64,000 nt of DNA from positions 3,205 to 67,204 of the forward strand of contig CAMOGA010000004.1 in assembly GCA_946613885.1 (NCBI GenBank). Direction: 5' to 3'. A program made the translations under genes and the position numbers. Position 1 is the stretch's first letter; each line of letters begins with the position of its first letter. Source of the DNA: an uncultured Pseudomonadota bacterium (GTDB lineage: Bacteria > Pseudomonadota > Alphaproteobacteria > Rs-D84). Shown here piece by piece: positions 55,140-64,000 of the stretch. A model generated the notes under the pieces. That model had not been told where the DNA came from and made no database searches. It saw nothing but the letters and a program-made list of their open reading frames with translations.

Positions 55140-55343
55140 TTATTTATCTGCATTCAACTTGGTCTTTACACGTGCAATTTCACGACGAGTTTTGCGCACA
55201 ACATGTGTTTTTTGCAATTGACCCGCAGCCAGTTGAAAACGTTGATTCATTTGTTCTTTTTTCAAATCAACCAATTTGCTCTGCGACGCTTCGCGTGTCA
55301 AAGCTTCCTTGTCGGCTGTTTTATTTACTTTCTTTTCTGCCAT
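55140..55343 (-). CDS. rpmC: 50S ribosomal protein L29
   Basis: Size, composition and position between rplP and rpsQ. Confidence 0.9.
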   Translation of the reverse strand: MAEKKVNKTADKEALTREASQSKLVDLKKEQMNQRFQLAAGQLQKTHVVRKTRREIARVKTKLNADK

Positions 55344-55367
55344 ATTTTCTAACCTTTTGCACTTGTA

Positions 55368-55781
55368 TTAGTTTACTTTGCGTTCTACGATTTTTGTTTT
55401 AACTGGCAATTTTGCAGCCGCCAACGCGAATGCTTCATATGCGACTTCTGGTTTTACACCATCTAATTCGAACATGATACGACCCGGTTTTACACGGCAA
55501 ATCCAGTATTCTACGGCACCTTTACCTTTACCCATACGAACACCACCAGGTTTCGTTGTCACTGGAACATCTGGGAATATACGAATCCATAATTTTCCCA
55601 TACGTCTCATATGACGAGTAATGGCACGACGTGCGGCCTCAATCTGACGTGCAGTCACACGTTCAGGAGACATAGCTTTTAATCCAAACGAACCAAATGC
55701 CAATTCACTGCCACCTTTGGCGACCCCGTGAATACGACCTTTGTGCTGTTTGCGAAATTTTGTTTTATTTGGCATTAACAT
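55368..55781 (-). CDS. rplP: 50S ribosomal protein L16
   Basis: [16 protein letters not shown]... Confidence 0.95.
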   Translation of the reverse strand: MLMPNKTKFRKQHKGRIHGVAKGGSELAFGSFGLKAMSPERVTARQIEAARRAITRHMRRMGKLWIRIFPDVPVTTKPGGVRMGKGKGAVEYWICRVKPGRIMFELDGVKPEVAYEAFALAAAKLPVKTKIVERKVN

Positions 55782-55803
55782 GATTAAAACCTTTACATTT
55801 TAA

Positions 55804-56505
55804 TTATTTGCTTTTCTTTTCGCTGCTGCCGGCATATTCAGTCGGACGCGCCATTTCAGACGCCAGCTTTTCTTTATTTACAACATCACCAGTGTAAATC
55901 CAAACTTTTACGCCGATAACACCGTATGTTGTTTTGGCCTGAATTGCTGCATAATCAATATCTGCACGCAATGTATGCAAAGGAATACGTCCTTCACGGA
56001 TTTGTTCGCTGCGCGCGATTTCAGCACCGTTTAAACGACCAGAACACATCACTTTGATACCCTGGGCACCAGCTTTCTGTGCGTTCTGTACGGCCTTTTT
56101 CATAGCGCGTTTGAACGAAACACGGCCTTCGATTTGTTGTGCGATATTTTGAGCAACCAATTGCGCATTTAAATCTGGACGGCGAACTTCATAGATGTTA
56201 ACAACAACTTGATCGTTCTTGACCAATTTTTTAATATCGTTGCGCAATGTTTCAATATCTGCACCGTTTTTACCAATAATCATACCCGGACGAGAAGTGT
56301 GGATTGTGACCACAACCTTTTTTGCAAAACGTTCGATGACGATTTTGGCTAATCCTGCTTTCTTTAATTTCTTTTCAACGAATTTACGGATTTTCACATC
56401 TTCTGCCAGTAAATTTGCATAATCTTTTTTACCAGCAATCCATCTGGAATCTGTAATTTTGTTAATAAATTCGCGTAATGAAATCGGTGATACTTTTTGT
56501 CCCAT
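55804..56505 (-). CDS. rpsC: 30S ribosomal protein S3
   Basis: [11 protein letters not shown]... KH domain. Confidence 0.95.
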   Translation of the reverse strand: MGQKVSPISLREFINKITDSRWIAGKKDYANLLAEDVKIRKFVEKKLKKAGLAKIVIERFAKKVVVTIHTSRPGMIIGKNGADIETLRNDIKKLVKNDQVVVNIYEVRRPDLNAQLVAQNIAQQIEGRVSFKRAMKKAVQNAQKAGAQGIKVMCSGRLNGAEIARSEQIREGRIPLHTLRADIDYAAIQAKTTYGVIGVKVWIYTGDVVNKEKLASEMARPTEYAGSSEKKSK

Positions 56506-56520
56506 TTTTTCACTCCACTT

Positions 56521-56916
56521 TTATTTTGTTACTTTTTTAGTTTTTTTCTTTTCAGGAGCCGCCCCACTTTCCAAAACAATTGTCAGATTAGAAAATGGTT
56601 TCAAAATTGGACGCGCACTTCCACGAGGTCCCGGCATAATACGTTTCATCGTCAATGCTTTGCCACACCAAATTTCTTTGATGAACAATGTATCCACTGG
56701 CAGATTTTTATTATGTTCTGCATTTGCAACAGCGGATAACAACGTTTTCAAAACTTCGTCAGAAACACGTTTCTTAGAAAATTTCAAAACGTCAACAGCA
56801 CGATCAACAGGCAAACCGCGAACCATATCACAAACCAGATTTAATTTCTGGTGGCTGATGCGAATCATTTTATTGAACGCACGCACTTGATTGTCTTTTA
56901 TTCCATATCTTGTCAT
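56521..56916 (-). CDS. rplV: 50S ribosomal protein L22
   Basis: Conserved sequence and operon order. Confidence 0.95.
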   Translation of the reverse strand: MTRYGIKDNQVRAFNKMIRISHQKLNLVCDMVRGLPVDRAVDVLKFSKKRVSDEVLKTLLSAVANAEHNKNLPVDTLFIKEIWCGKALTMKRIMPGPRGSARPILKPFSNLTIVLESGAAPEKKKTKKVTK

Positions 56917-56928
56917 GTTTATCCTACC

Positions 56929-57207
56929 TTATTTTGCTGCTGCTTTCTTGTTTGCGGCATGACCTTTGAACGTACGAGTTGGCGCAAATTCACCCAATTT
57001 ATGACCAATCATATCTTCTACGATTGATACAGGGATAAATTTATTACCATTGTGAACTTCAAATGTCAAACCAACCATTGGTGGCACAATTGTGCTGCCA
57101 CGAGACCATGTTTTAATTGGTTTATGATCATCTTTTTCAATCGCCACCGCTACCTTTTTCAAGATAGATGGGTGAACATAAGGACCTTTCCATACTGAAC
57201 GAGACAT
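56929..57207 (-). CDS. rpsS: 30S ribosomal protein S19
   Basis: [11 protein letters not shown]... Confidence 0.95.
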   Translation of the reverse strand: MSRSVWKGPYVHPSILKKVAVAIEKDDHKPIKTWSRGSTIVPPMVGLTFEVHNGNKFIPVSIVEDMIGHKLGEFAPTRTFKGHAANKKAAAK

Positions 57208-57221
57208 TTTACACTCCTATA

Positions 57222-58055
57222 TTATTTCTTCTTTGCCAAATGTCTGCTGCGGATAATCATCTTTGCAGTACGTTTATTGCTACGCGTACGATATCCCTTG
57301 GCTGGAATACCTGTGCGGGATACAGGTTCATGTCCTTTGGAATGACCATTACCACCACCCATTGGGTGATCATTAGGGTTCATTGCCATACCACGTGTAG
57401 ATGGGCGAATTCCCAACCAACGTGCACGACCCGCTTTACCCAAATTGACATTACGTTGTTCAGGGTTAGAAACACTGCCAACTGTTGCCAAACATTCAGA
57501 ATGAACTTTGCGCAACTCACCGCTGTTCATTTTTATTTGAGCATATGCACCATCTTTACCCATCAATTGGGCATAACAACCAGCACTGCGCGCCAATTGA
57601 CCGCCAGCACCTGGTTTCAATTCTACATTATGCACAATCGTACCGATTGGCATGTTTTTCAAAGGCATGGTGTTACCTGGTTTAATATCTTCACGTGTAC
57701 CAGAAATAACTGTGTCGCCTGGTTTCAAATCACGTGGTGCCAAGATGTAAGAACGAACACCATCTTTGTATTCAATCAATGCAATAAATGCCGTACGATT
57801 TGGATCATATTCCAAACGAACGACTGTTGCAGGAATATCTTTTTTCTTACGATCAAAATCAATCAAACGATATTTACGTTTGTGTCCCCCACCCTGGTGT
57901 GGAACAGTGACATGACCAAAATTATTACGTCCACCTTTGGACTTTAAACCAACAGTTAATGATTTTTCAGGTGCACCTTTGTGCAATTCACTGTGGTCTA
58001 TCAATGTTAAACCACGTGTTCCTGGGGTTGTTGGCTTGTAATGTTTTAATGCCAT
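57222..58055 (-). CDS. rplB: 50S ribosomal protein L2
   Basis: [15 protein letters not shown]... Confidence 0.95.
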   Translation of the reverse strand: MALKHYKPTTPGTRGLTLIDHSELHKGAPEKSLTVGLKSKGGRNNFGHVTVPHQGGGHKRKYRLIDFDRKKKDIPATVVRLEYDPNRTAFIALIEYKDGVRSYILAPRDLKPGDTVISGTREDIKPGNTMPLKNMPIGTIVHNVELKPGAGGQLARSAGCYAQLMGKDGAYAQIKMNSGELRKVHSECLATVGSVSNPEQRNVNLGKAGRARWLGIRPSTRGMAMNPNDHPMGGGNGHSKGHEPVSRTGIPAKGYRTRSNKRTAKMIIRSRHLAKKK

Positions 58056-58128
58056 TTTGTTTTTACCTTTGTTTATGTTTTGACACTAACATCCGCGAAA
58101 ACGGGTTCTCTGCCAAAACGTTTCGTTT

Positions 58129-58455
58129 TTATATACCCGCTGACAAATCCAATTTTGCATCTGCCGGCAAAGATACATATGCCTTTTTAACACTGCGTTG
58201 TGTTCCAGTGCTGCGACCACGGAAAGTTTTTGTTTTACCCTTGGTGACAACAACATTTACCTTGGTTGGTTTGACACCAAACAAAATTTCCACTGCCTTT
58301 GCAACATCTTCTTTGGTTGCAGACATTGCAATTTCAAACACAACACCATTACTTTCGGATAACTTTGCAGCTTTTTCCGAAATGATTGGACGACGCAATA
58401 CATCATAAGTATTCGCCGAAGCAACTAATTTCTTTTCTGTTTTCTTTTCTGCCAT
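58129..58455 (-). CDS. rplW: 50S ribosomal protein L23
   Basis: Conserved sequence and operon order. Confidence 0.93.
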   Translation of the reverse strand: MAEKKTEKKLVASANTYDVLRRPIISEKAAKLSESNGVVFEIAMSATKEDVAKAVEILFGVKPTKVNVVVTKGKTKTFRGRSTGTQRSVKKAYVSLPADAKLDLSAGI

Positions 58456-58473
58456 ATCTTCAAACCTTTAATG

Positions 58474-59094
58474 TTAAGCCAATCTTGCTTCTACTGCTTT
58501 AACAGCATCTGCTGTCAAAACTAATTTTTCGTGTTTCAAGATATCCAAAACATTTAAACCAATTGTTGGCAATACGTCAACATTGATAATATTCGCAGCA
58601 GATTTCTTGAAGTTTTCATCAACTTTGTCTGCACCAACAAACAACGCAGATGCAATATTCATCTTTTTCAATTGTTTTGCCAGTGTGCTGGTTTTTATCG
58701 CGTTCATTTTTTCGTTATCAATAACAATTAATGTGCCATCTTTAACCTTGGACGACAAAGCCATTTTTAAACCCAACGAACGGATTTTCTTTGGTAAATC
58801 GATACCATGATCGCGAACAACAGGTCCATGAACAACACCACCGCCACGCATATGAACATTATATCTTTCACCTTGACGTGCGTTTCCTGTTTTCTTTTGT
58901 TTGAATGCTTTTCTGCCACTGCCCGCGACATCAGAAACTGTTTTCACAGCATGTGTTCCTGCGCGCGCATTTGCACGTTGCCATGTAACAACACGGTGCA
59001 AAATATCAGCACGTGGTTCAATCCCAAAAATGGAATCTTGCAATTCTATTTTGCCGACTGATTTACCATCTAAATTTAAAATTTCTACTTGCAT
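58474..59094 (-). CDS. rplD: 50S ribosomal protein L4
   Basis: Conserved sequence. ATG 59094 follows an AAGGTGA SD. The track start at 59103 is GTG. Confidence 0.93.
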   Translation of the reverse strand: MQVEILNLDGKSVGKIELQDSIFGIEPRADILHRVVTWQRANARAGTHAVKTVSDVAGSGRKAFKQKKTGNARQGERYNVHMRGGGVVHGPVVRDHGIDLPKKIRSLGLKMALSSKVKDGTLIVIDNEKMNAIKTSTLAKQLKKMNIASALFVGADKVDENFKKSAANIINVDVLPTIGLNVLDILKHEKLVLTADAVKAVEARLA

Positions 59095-59117
59095 TTTATT
59101 CACCTTTTATTGTGTCA

Positions 59118-59840
59118 TTACGCTTGTTCAGATTCATTGTTGTTTTCTTCTGCAACAGGTGTTTCTGTGGCTGCGACAAATGTTGGCACAGGCATTTTAT
59201 CCTGAACTTTCTTTACTGCATCGCTAACCAAAACAAATGTACCGTTGCTGCCAGGAACTGCGCCTTCAACAAAAATAAGATTATCGTTCAAATCTGTTCC
59301 AAAAACTTTCAAGTTCTGGACAGTTACGGTTTCGTTACCCATTTGACCGGACATCTTTTTACCTTTTAAAACACGACCTGGCCATTCGCGCATTCCAGTA
59401 CCACCGATGGAACGATGCGCCTTTAATACACCGTGAGTTGCTTCTTTTCCGCCAAAATTATGACGTTTCATTGCACCCTGAAAACCTTTACCTTTGCTGG
59501 TTGCCTGAACATCGACATATTGACCGGCAATAAAATGTGCGGCAGACAACTGTGTTCCAACTGGAATCACACAATCATCAGAAACACGGAATTCCACAAC
59601 CTTGCGATAAGGTTTTACACCCGCCTTTTCTGCTGCTTTTGCCTGGGGCTTTGCAACATGTTTTGCCTTTGCTTCGCGCAAACCCAAAATGTTTGCAACA
59701 TAACCATTTTTTTCCATTGTACGATTTCCAATAACAGCACAATCCCCAACAGATAAAACTGTTACTGCATGGGCAACACCACCTTCATCATAAAGACGTG
59801 TCATCCCTATTTTTGTTGTAATTAATCCGCTACGTTTCAT
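59118..59840 (-). CDS. rplC: 50S ribosomal protein L3
   Basis: GLITTKIGMTRLYDE... and operon order. Confidence 0.95.
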   Translation of the reverse strand: MKRSGLITTKIGMTRLYDEGGVAHAVTVLSVGDCAVIGNRTMEKNGYVANILGLREAKAKHVAKPQAKAAEKAGVKPYRKVVEFRVSDDCVIPVGTQLSAAHFIAGQYVDVQATSKGKGFQGAMKRHNFGGKEATHGVLKAHRSIGGTGMREWPGRVLKGKKMSGQMGNETVTVQNLKVFGTDLNDNLIFVEGAVPGSNGTFVLVSDAVKKVQDKMPVPTFVAATETPVAEENNNESEQA

Positions 59841-59895
59841 TTTTTTGCCTTTTTGTCATTGGTTAATGGATATGTATCCACCAACATATACATTT

Positions 59896-60207
59896 TTATA
59901 ATTTAATTTTTACATCAACACCAGATGCCAAATCCAACTTCATCAATGCATCAACTGTCTGAGGGGTTGGATTAACAATATCGACAACCGCTTTATGATT
60001 GCGGATTTCGAATTGTTCACGTGATTTTTTATCAACGTGTGGTGAACGGTTCACTGTAAACTTTTTAATCAAAGTTGGCAAGCGAACGGGTCCAACGACA
60101 TCCGCGCCTGTGCGCTTTGCTGTTTTGACTATTTCTTCTACTGATTCCATCAAGACCCTGTGGTCGAACGCTATCAATTTGATGCGAATCTTAGATGCTG
60201 GTACCAT
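59896..60207 (-). CDS. rpsJ: 30S ribosomal protein S10
   Basis: [13 protein letters not shown]... Confidence 0.95.
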   Translation of the reverse strand: MVPASKIRIKLIAFDHRVLMESVEEIVKTAKRTGADVVGPVRLPTLIKKFTVNRSPHVDKKSREQFEIRNHKAVVDIVNPTPQTVDALMKLDLASGVDVKIKL

Positions 60208-60235
60208 TGTTCGTTTTCCCTTATTTTTAAGTTGA

Positions 60236-60270
60236 TTTGTGGGTCAAAGGATAAACCTTTAACCCACAAA
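60236..60270 (-). other. Long near-perfect hairpin in the tuf-rpsJ spacer (candidate tuf terminator/S10 leader structure)
   Basis: TTTGTGGGT-c-AAAGG-ataaa-CCTTT-a-ACCCACAAA. No T tract on the coding (minus) strand. Confidence 0.35.
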
Positions 60271-60279
60271 TTGCAACAA

Positions 60280-61467
60280 TTATTTAACAATTTTTGATAC
60301 AACACCTGCACCAACTGTGCGTCCGCCTTCACGGATAGCAAAGCGGCGACCTTCGCTCATAGCAATAGGTGCAATCAATTGCACGCTGATACGAACGTTA
60401 TCACCTGGCAAGACCATTTCTTTGTCTGCTGGCAAAGTAATTGTACCTGTTACGTCTGTTGTGCTGAAATAGAATTGTGGACGATAGTTAGAGAAGAACG
60501 CTGTATGACGGCCACCTTCTTCTTTCGTCAAAATATACACTTCAGCTTCAAATTCTGTGTGTGGTGTAATAGAACCTGGTTTGCAGATAATTTGACCACG
60601 TTCCACATCTTCTTTCTTGGTTCCACGCAACAACAAACCAACGTTATCACCGGCTTCACCTTGATCCAACAATTTACGGAACATTTCAACGCCTGTGACA
60701 GTTGTTTTTTGTGTTGGTTTCAAACCAACGATTTCACATTCATCACCAACCTTGATAACACCAGATTCAACACGACCTGTGACCACTGTACCACGACCTG
60801 TGATAGAGAACACGTCTTCAATTGGCATCAAGAAAGGTTTATCAATTGGACGATCCGGCATTGGGATGTATGAATCACATGCTGCCAATAATGCATCAAT
60901 AGATTCTTTGCCCAAACCATCTTTCTTTTCTTCCAATGCAGAAATCGCAGAACCACGGATGATTGGTGCGTTGTCGCCATCGAAATCATTTGCAGACAAC
61001 AATTCACGAATTTCCATTTCAACCAATTCCAACAATTCTGGATCGTTTGCCAAATCGCATTTGTTCAAATAAACAACGATTTTTGGAATACCCACTTGAC
61101 GTGCCAACAAAATGTGTTCACGTGTTTGAGGCATTGGACCATCAGTTGCAGCAACCACCAAAATAGCACCGTCCATCTGCGCAGCACCGGTAATCATGTT
61201 TTTAACATAGTCCGCGTGTCCTGGGCAGTCAACGTGAGCATAGTGACGATTTGCTGTTTCATATTCAACGTGCGCAGTATTAATTGTTATACCACGTGCT
61301 TTTTCTTCTGGGGCGTTATCAATTTGATCAACACCTTTTTGTGCGTCAATACCGACGCCATAGTAATGAACGATTGCCGCTGTCAATGTTGTTTTACCGT
61401 GGTCAACGTGACCAATTGTACCAATATTGACGTGTGGTTTTGTTCTTACATACTTTTCTTTTGCCAT
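60280..61467 (-). CDS. tuf: Elongation factor Tu
   Basis: [28 protein letters not shown]... Confidence 0.97.
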   Translation of the reverse strand: MAKEKYVRTKPHVNIGTIGHVDHGKTTLTAAIVHYYGVGIDAQKGVDQIDNAPEEKARGITINTAHVEYETANRHYAHVDCPGHADYVKNMITGAAQMDGAILVVAATDGPMPQTREHILLARQVGIPKIVVYLNKCDLANDPELLELVEMEIRELLSANDFDGDNAPIIRGSAISALEEKKDGLGKESIDALLAACDSYIPMPDRPIDKPFLMPIEDVFSITGRGTVVTGRVESGVIKVGDECEIVGLKPTQKTTVTGVEMFRKLLDQGEAGDNVGLLLRGTKKEDVERGQIICKPGSITPHTEFEAEVYILTKEEGGRHTAFFSNYRPQFYFSTTDVTGTITLPADKEMVLPGDNVRISVQLIAPIAMSEGRRFAIREGGRTVGAGVVSKIVK

Positions 61468-61509
61468 AGTTTTCTCCTTAGGCTTTGGTTGTTAATTTAC
61501 AAACTGTTT

Positions 61510-63591
61510 TTACTTTGTCATTTTCTTTATTACTTCGTCAGCAACATTTTGTGGCACTTCGTCATAATGCGACAATTCCATATATGGATTTGCACGACCC
61601 TGAGACAAAGAACGTAATGTTTTGACGTATCCGAACAAATTCGCCAGTGGAACAAACGCAGTAATTAACTGGCTGCCGAATCTGGTTTCGATACCGCTGA
61701 TTTGTCCGCGACGACTGTTCAAATCGCCAATAATGTCACCGACGTATTCTTCCGGTGTGTTAACCGAAAGTTTCATAATCGGTTCCAATAATTTTGGTGC
61801 CGCTTTCTTCATCGCTTCGCGGAAGCAAGCACGCGCCGCAATTTCAAAGCATAACACATTAGAGTCAACTTCGTGATATTTACCATCTACCAATGTGGCC
61901 TTGAAATCTACTGTTGGATAGCCAATCAAAACACCTGTTTGTTGTGCTATCTTCAAACCTTTTTCTACACCTGGGATGTATTCTTTTGGAATTGCACCAC
62001 CAACAATTTTGTTTTCAAATTCATAACCAGAACCTGGTTCCAATGGTTCAAATTGGATTTTAACCTGAGCGTACTGACCGGAACCACCAGATTGTTTTTT
62101 ATGTGTATATTCTTCCAAGACAGGTTTGCGGAATGTTTCACGATATGCAATACGTGGTTCACCAACGTTCACATCTACTTTGAATTCACGCAATAATCTG
62201 TCAATCAAAATATCCAAATGCAATTCACCAACCCCAGACAAAATTGTTTGGCCAGATTCTTGATCCACAGAAACACGGAACGAAGGATCTTCTTTGGCCA
62301 ATGCCTGTAAACCCAATGACATTTTTTCAATGTCTGCCTTGGTCTTTGGTTCAACTGCAATAGAAATAACAGGTTCTGGAACATGGATAGATTCCAAAAT
62401 GATTGGATTGTTTTCATCACACAATGTATCACCAGTGATTGTTTCTTTCATACCAACCAACGTGATAATATCACCAGCGGATGCTTCTTTGATTTCTTCA
62501 CGTGCATTTGCATGCATCAACAACATACGACCAACACGTTCGCGTTTATCACGATTCGAATTATAGATATAAGAACCAGATTGCAATTTACCAGAATAAA
62601 TACGGATAAACATCAAGTTTCCAACAAATGGGTCATTAGCAATCTTAAATGCCAAAGCACTGAATGGTTCTTTCGCATCAGGATGACGTTCTGCCTCGGT
62701 TTTACCGTCCATCTTGGTTCCTTTAATTGCAGGAATATCTAATGGTGATGGCAAATAATCTACGATTGCATCCAACAATGGTTGAACACCTTTGTTTTTG
62801 AACGCAGTTCCACACAACACAGGAACAAAGTTTTGTGCGATTGTCCCTTTGCGAATCAATTTTTTAATTGTCGCAGTGTCTGGGATTTTGCCTTCCATGT
62901 ATTCTTCCATGATGGCATCATCCAATGTCACAACTTCTTCAATTAATTTATTGTGCAATTCTTCTGCTTTTTCTTTCAAATCAGCAGGAATTTCTTCGAT
63001 TTTTGGATGAGAACCATTTTCGTCTTCCCAAATAATGCCCTTCATTTCAACGACATCAACAACACCGACAAAGTCTTGTTCTTCACCAATTGGGAAATTA
63101 ACAACCAATGGATTTGCACCCAAACGTTCACGAATCATATCAACACAACGGAAGAAGTTTGCACCTGTTCTGTCCATTTTGTTGATAAAGCAAATACGTG
63201 GAACATTGTAACGATCCGCCTGACGCCACACTGTTTCAGATTGTGGTTGCACACCATTCACAGATTCAAACACAGCAACCGCACCGTCCAAAACACGCAA
63301 AGAACGTTCTACTTCCATAGTAAAGTCCACGTGTCCCGGTGTATCAATCAAATTAATACGATGATCACGCCAAAAGCATGTTGTTGCCGCAGACGTAATT
63401 GTAATACCACGTTCTTGTTCTTGAACCATCCAGTCCATTGTTGCAGCACCATCGTGCACTTCACCAATTTTATATGTTTTTCCGGTATAAAACAAAATAC
63501 GTTCAGACGTTGTTGTTTTTCCAGCGTCAATATGGGCCATAATCCCAATATTGCGGTACATATCCAAAGATGCGGTTTTTCCAACTGACAT
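61510..63591 (-). CDS. fusA: Elongation factor G
   Basis: [23 protein letters not shown] and the rest of the EF-G architecture. Confidence 0.97.
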   Translation of the reverse strand: MSVGKTASLDMYRNIGIMAHIDAGKTTTSERILFYTGKTYKIGEVHDGAATMDWMVQEQERGITITSAATTCFWRDHRINLIDTPGHVDFTMEVERSLRVLDGAVAVFESVNGVQPQSETVWRQADRYNVPRICFINKMDRTGANFFRCVDMIRERLGANPLVVNFPIGEEQDFVGVVDVVEMKGIIWEDENGSHPKIEEIPADLKEKAEELHNKLIEEVVTLDDAIMEEYMEGKIPDTATIKKLIRKGTIAQNFVPVLCGTAFKNKGVQPLLDAIVDYLPSPLDIPAIKGTKMDGKTEAERHPDAKEPFSALAFKIANDPFVGNLMFIRIYSGKLQSGSYIYNSNRDKRERVGRMLLMHANAREEIKEASAGDIITLVGMKETITGDTLCDENNPIILESIHVPEPVISIAVEPKTKADIEKMSLGLQALAKEDPSFRVSVDQESGQTILSGVGELHLDILIDRLLREFKVDVNVGEPRIAYRETFRKPVLEEYTHKKQSGGSGQYAQVKIQFEPLEPGSGYEFENKIVGGAIPKEYIPGVEKGLKIAQQTGVLIGYPTVDFKATLVDGKYHEVDSNVLCFEIAARACFREAMKKAAPKLLEPIMKLSVNTPEEYVGDIIGDLNSRRGQISGIETRFGSQLITAFVPLANLFGYVKTLRSLSQGRANPYMELSHYDEVPQNVADEVIKKMTK

Positions 63592-63614
63592 TGTATCTTT
63601 CCTTATTCTTTATA

Positions 63615-64000
63615 TTACCAACGGAAATGAGCAAATGCTTTATTCGCTTCTGCCATTCTGTGTGTGTCTAATTTCTTTTTAAATGCGCCACCAGTACCAT
63701 TTAAAGCATCACGCATTTCACCAAACAATCTGTCAACCATAGAACGTTCGCCACGTTTACGCGCAAACATAACCAACCAACGCAAAGCCAATGTTTGTTG
63801 ACGTTCTGCACGAACTTCGACAGGAACCTGATATGTTGCACCACCAACACGACGACCCTTGACTTCCACAGACGGTTTTAATGCGTCGACCGCTTCTAAA
63901 AATAATGTTAATTCATCTTTGTCTTTGGTGATAGTTTTTAATTTATCCATTGCACCATAAACGATGTTTTCAGCAACTTCTTTTTTACCATCCCACATAA
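63615..64000 (-). CDS. rpsG: 30S ribosomal protein S7 (N-terminus outside the window)
   Basis: C-terminal S7 sequence (...[14 protein letters not shown]...AFAHFRW). The ORF is open to the window edge. Confidence 0.93.
   Translation of the reverse strand, partial: MWDGKKEVAENIVYGAMDKLKTITKDKDELTLFLEAVDALKPSVEVKGRRVGGATYQVPVEVRAERQQTLALRWLVMFARKRGERSMVDRLFGEMRDALNGTGGAFKKKLDTHRMAEANKAFAHFRW

Noticed and set aside
57168-57947. 259-aa plus-strand ORF, and similar long plus-strand ORFs at 62953-63588, 60379-60873 and 61096-61617
   Set aside because: They are antisense to rplB, fusA and tuf, which are unambiguous. These are typical antisense open frames with no independent coding signals visible.

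Overview
AT-rich bacterial chromosome segment, almost entirely coding, mostly on the minus strand. CcrM, an alpha-type SspB and an rpsM-rpsK-rpoA-rplQ order without rpsD suggest an Alphaproteobacterium; a 1165-aa pyruvate:ferredoxin oxidoreductase suggests an anaerobe (both are inferences). The right half holds the str/S10/spc/alpha ribosomal cluster (rpsG partial, fusA, tuf, rpsJ through rplQ). The left half holds housekeeping genes: PFOR, ctpA, sspB, recF, tRNA-Cys, a TolC-MacA-MacB efflux operon, an EnvC-like M23 protein, infA, clpP-clpX, two ABC proteins, pgk, rnhB, slt, nrdR and ccrM. The main anomaly is an expanded set of large secreted cysteine-rich proteins that I cannot assign to any named family. 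Five colinear paralogs of 718-894 aa share a signal peptide, a basic SAR-type N-terminal region and a conserved 'CMD box'; three also have Gly-zipper hydrophobic segments. Two further Cys-rich genes (347 and 552 aa) sit between rpsK and rpoA, and predicted signals (an intrinsic terminator after rpsK, new promoters) suggest they split the normally contiguous alpha operon. Together these seven genes fill roughly a fifth to a quarter of the window. Smaller observations: an orphan ClpP paralog, a Fic-like protein with a degenerate motif, near-consensus promoters placed for leaderless mRNAs, a tRNA-Cys abutting recF, no rpmD/adk/rpmJ in the ribosomal cluster, and structured GC-rich spacers. No CRISPR array, transposase, integrase or rRNA was seen.
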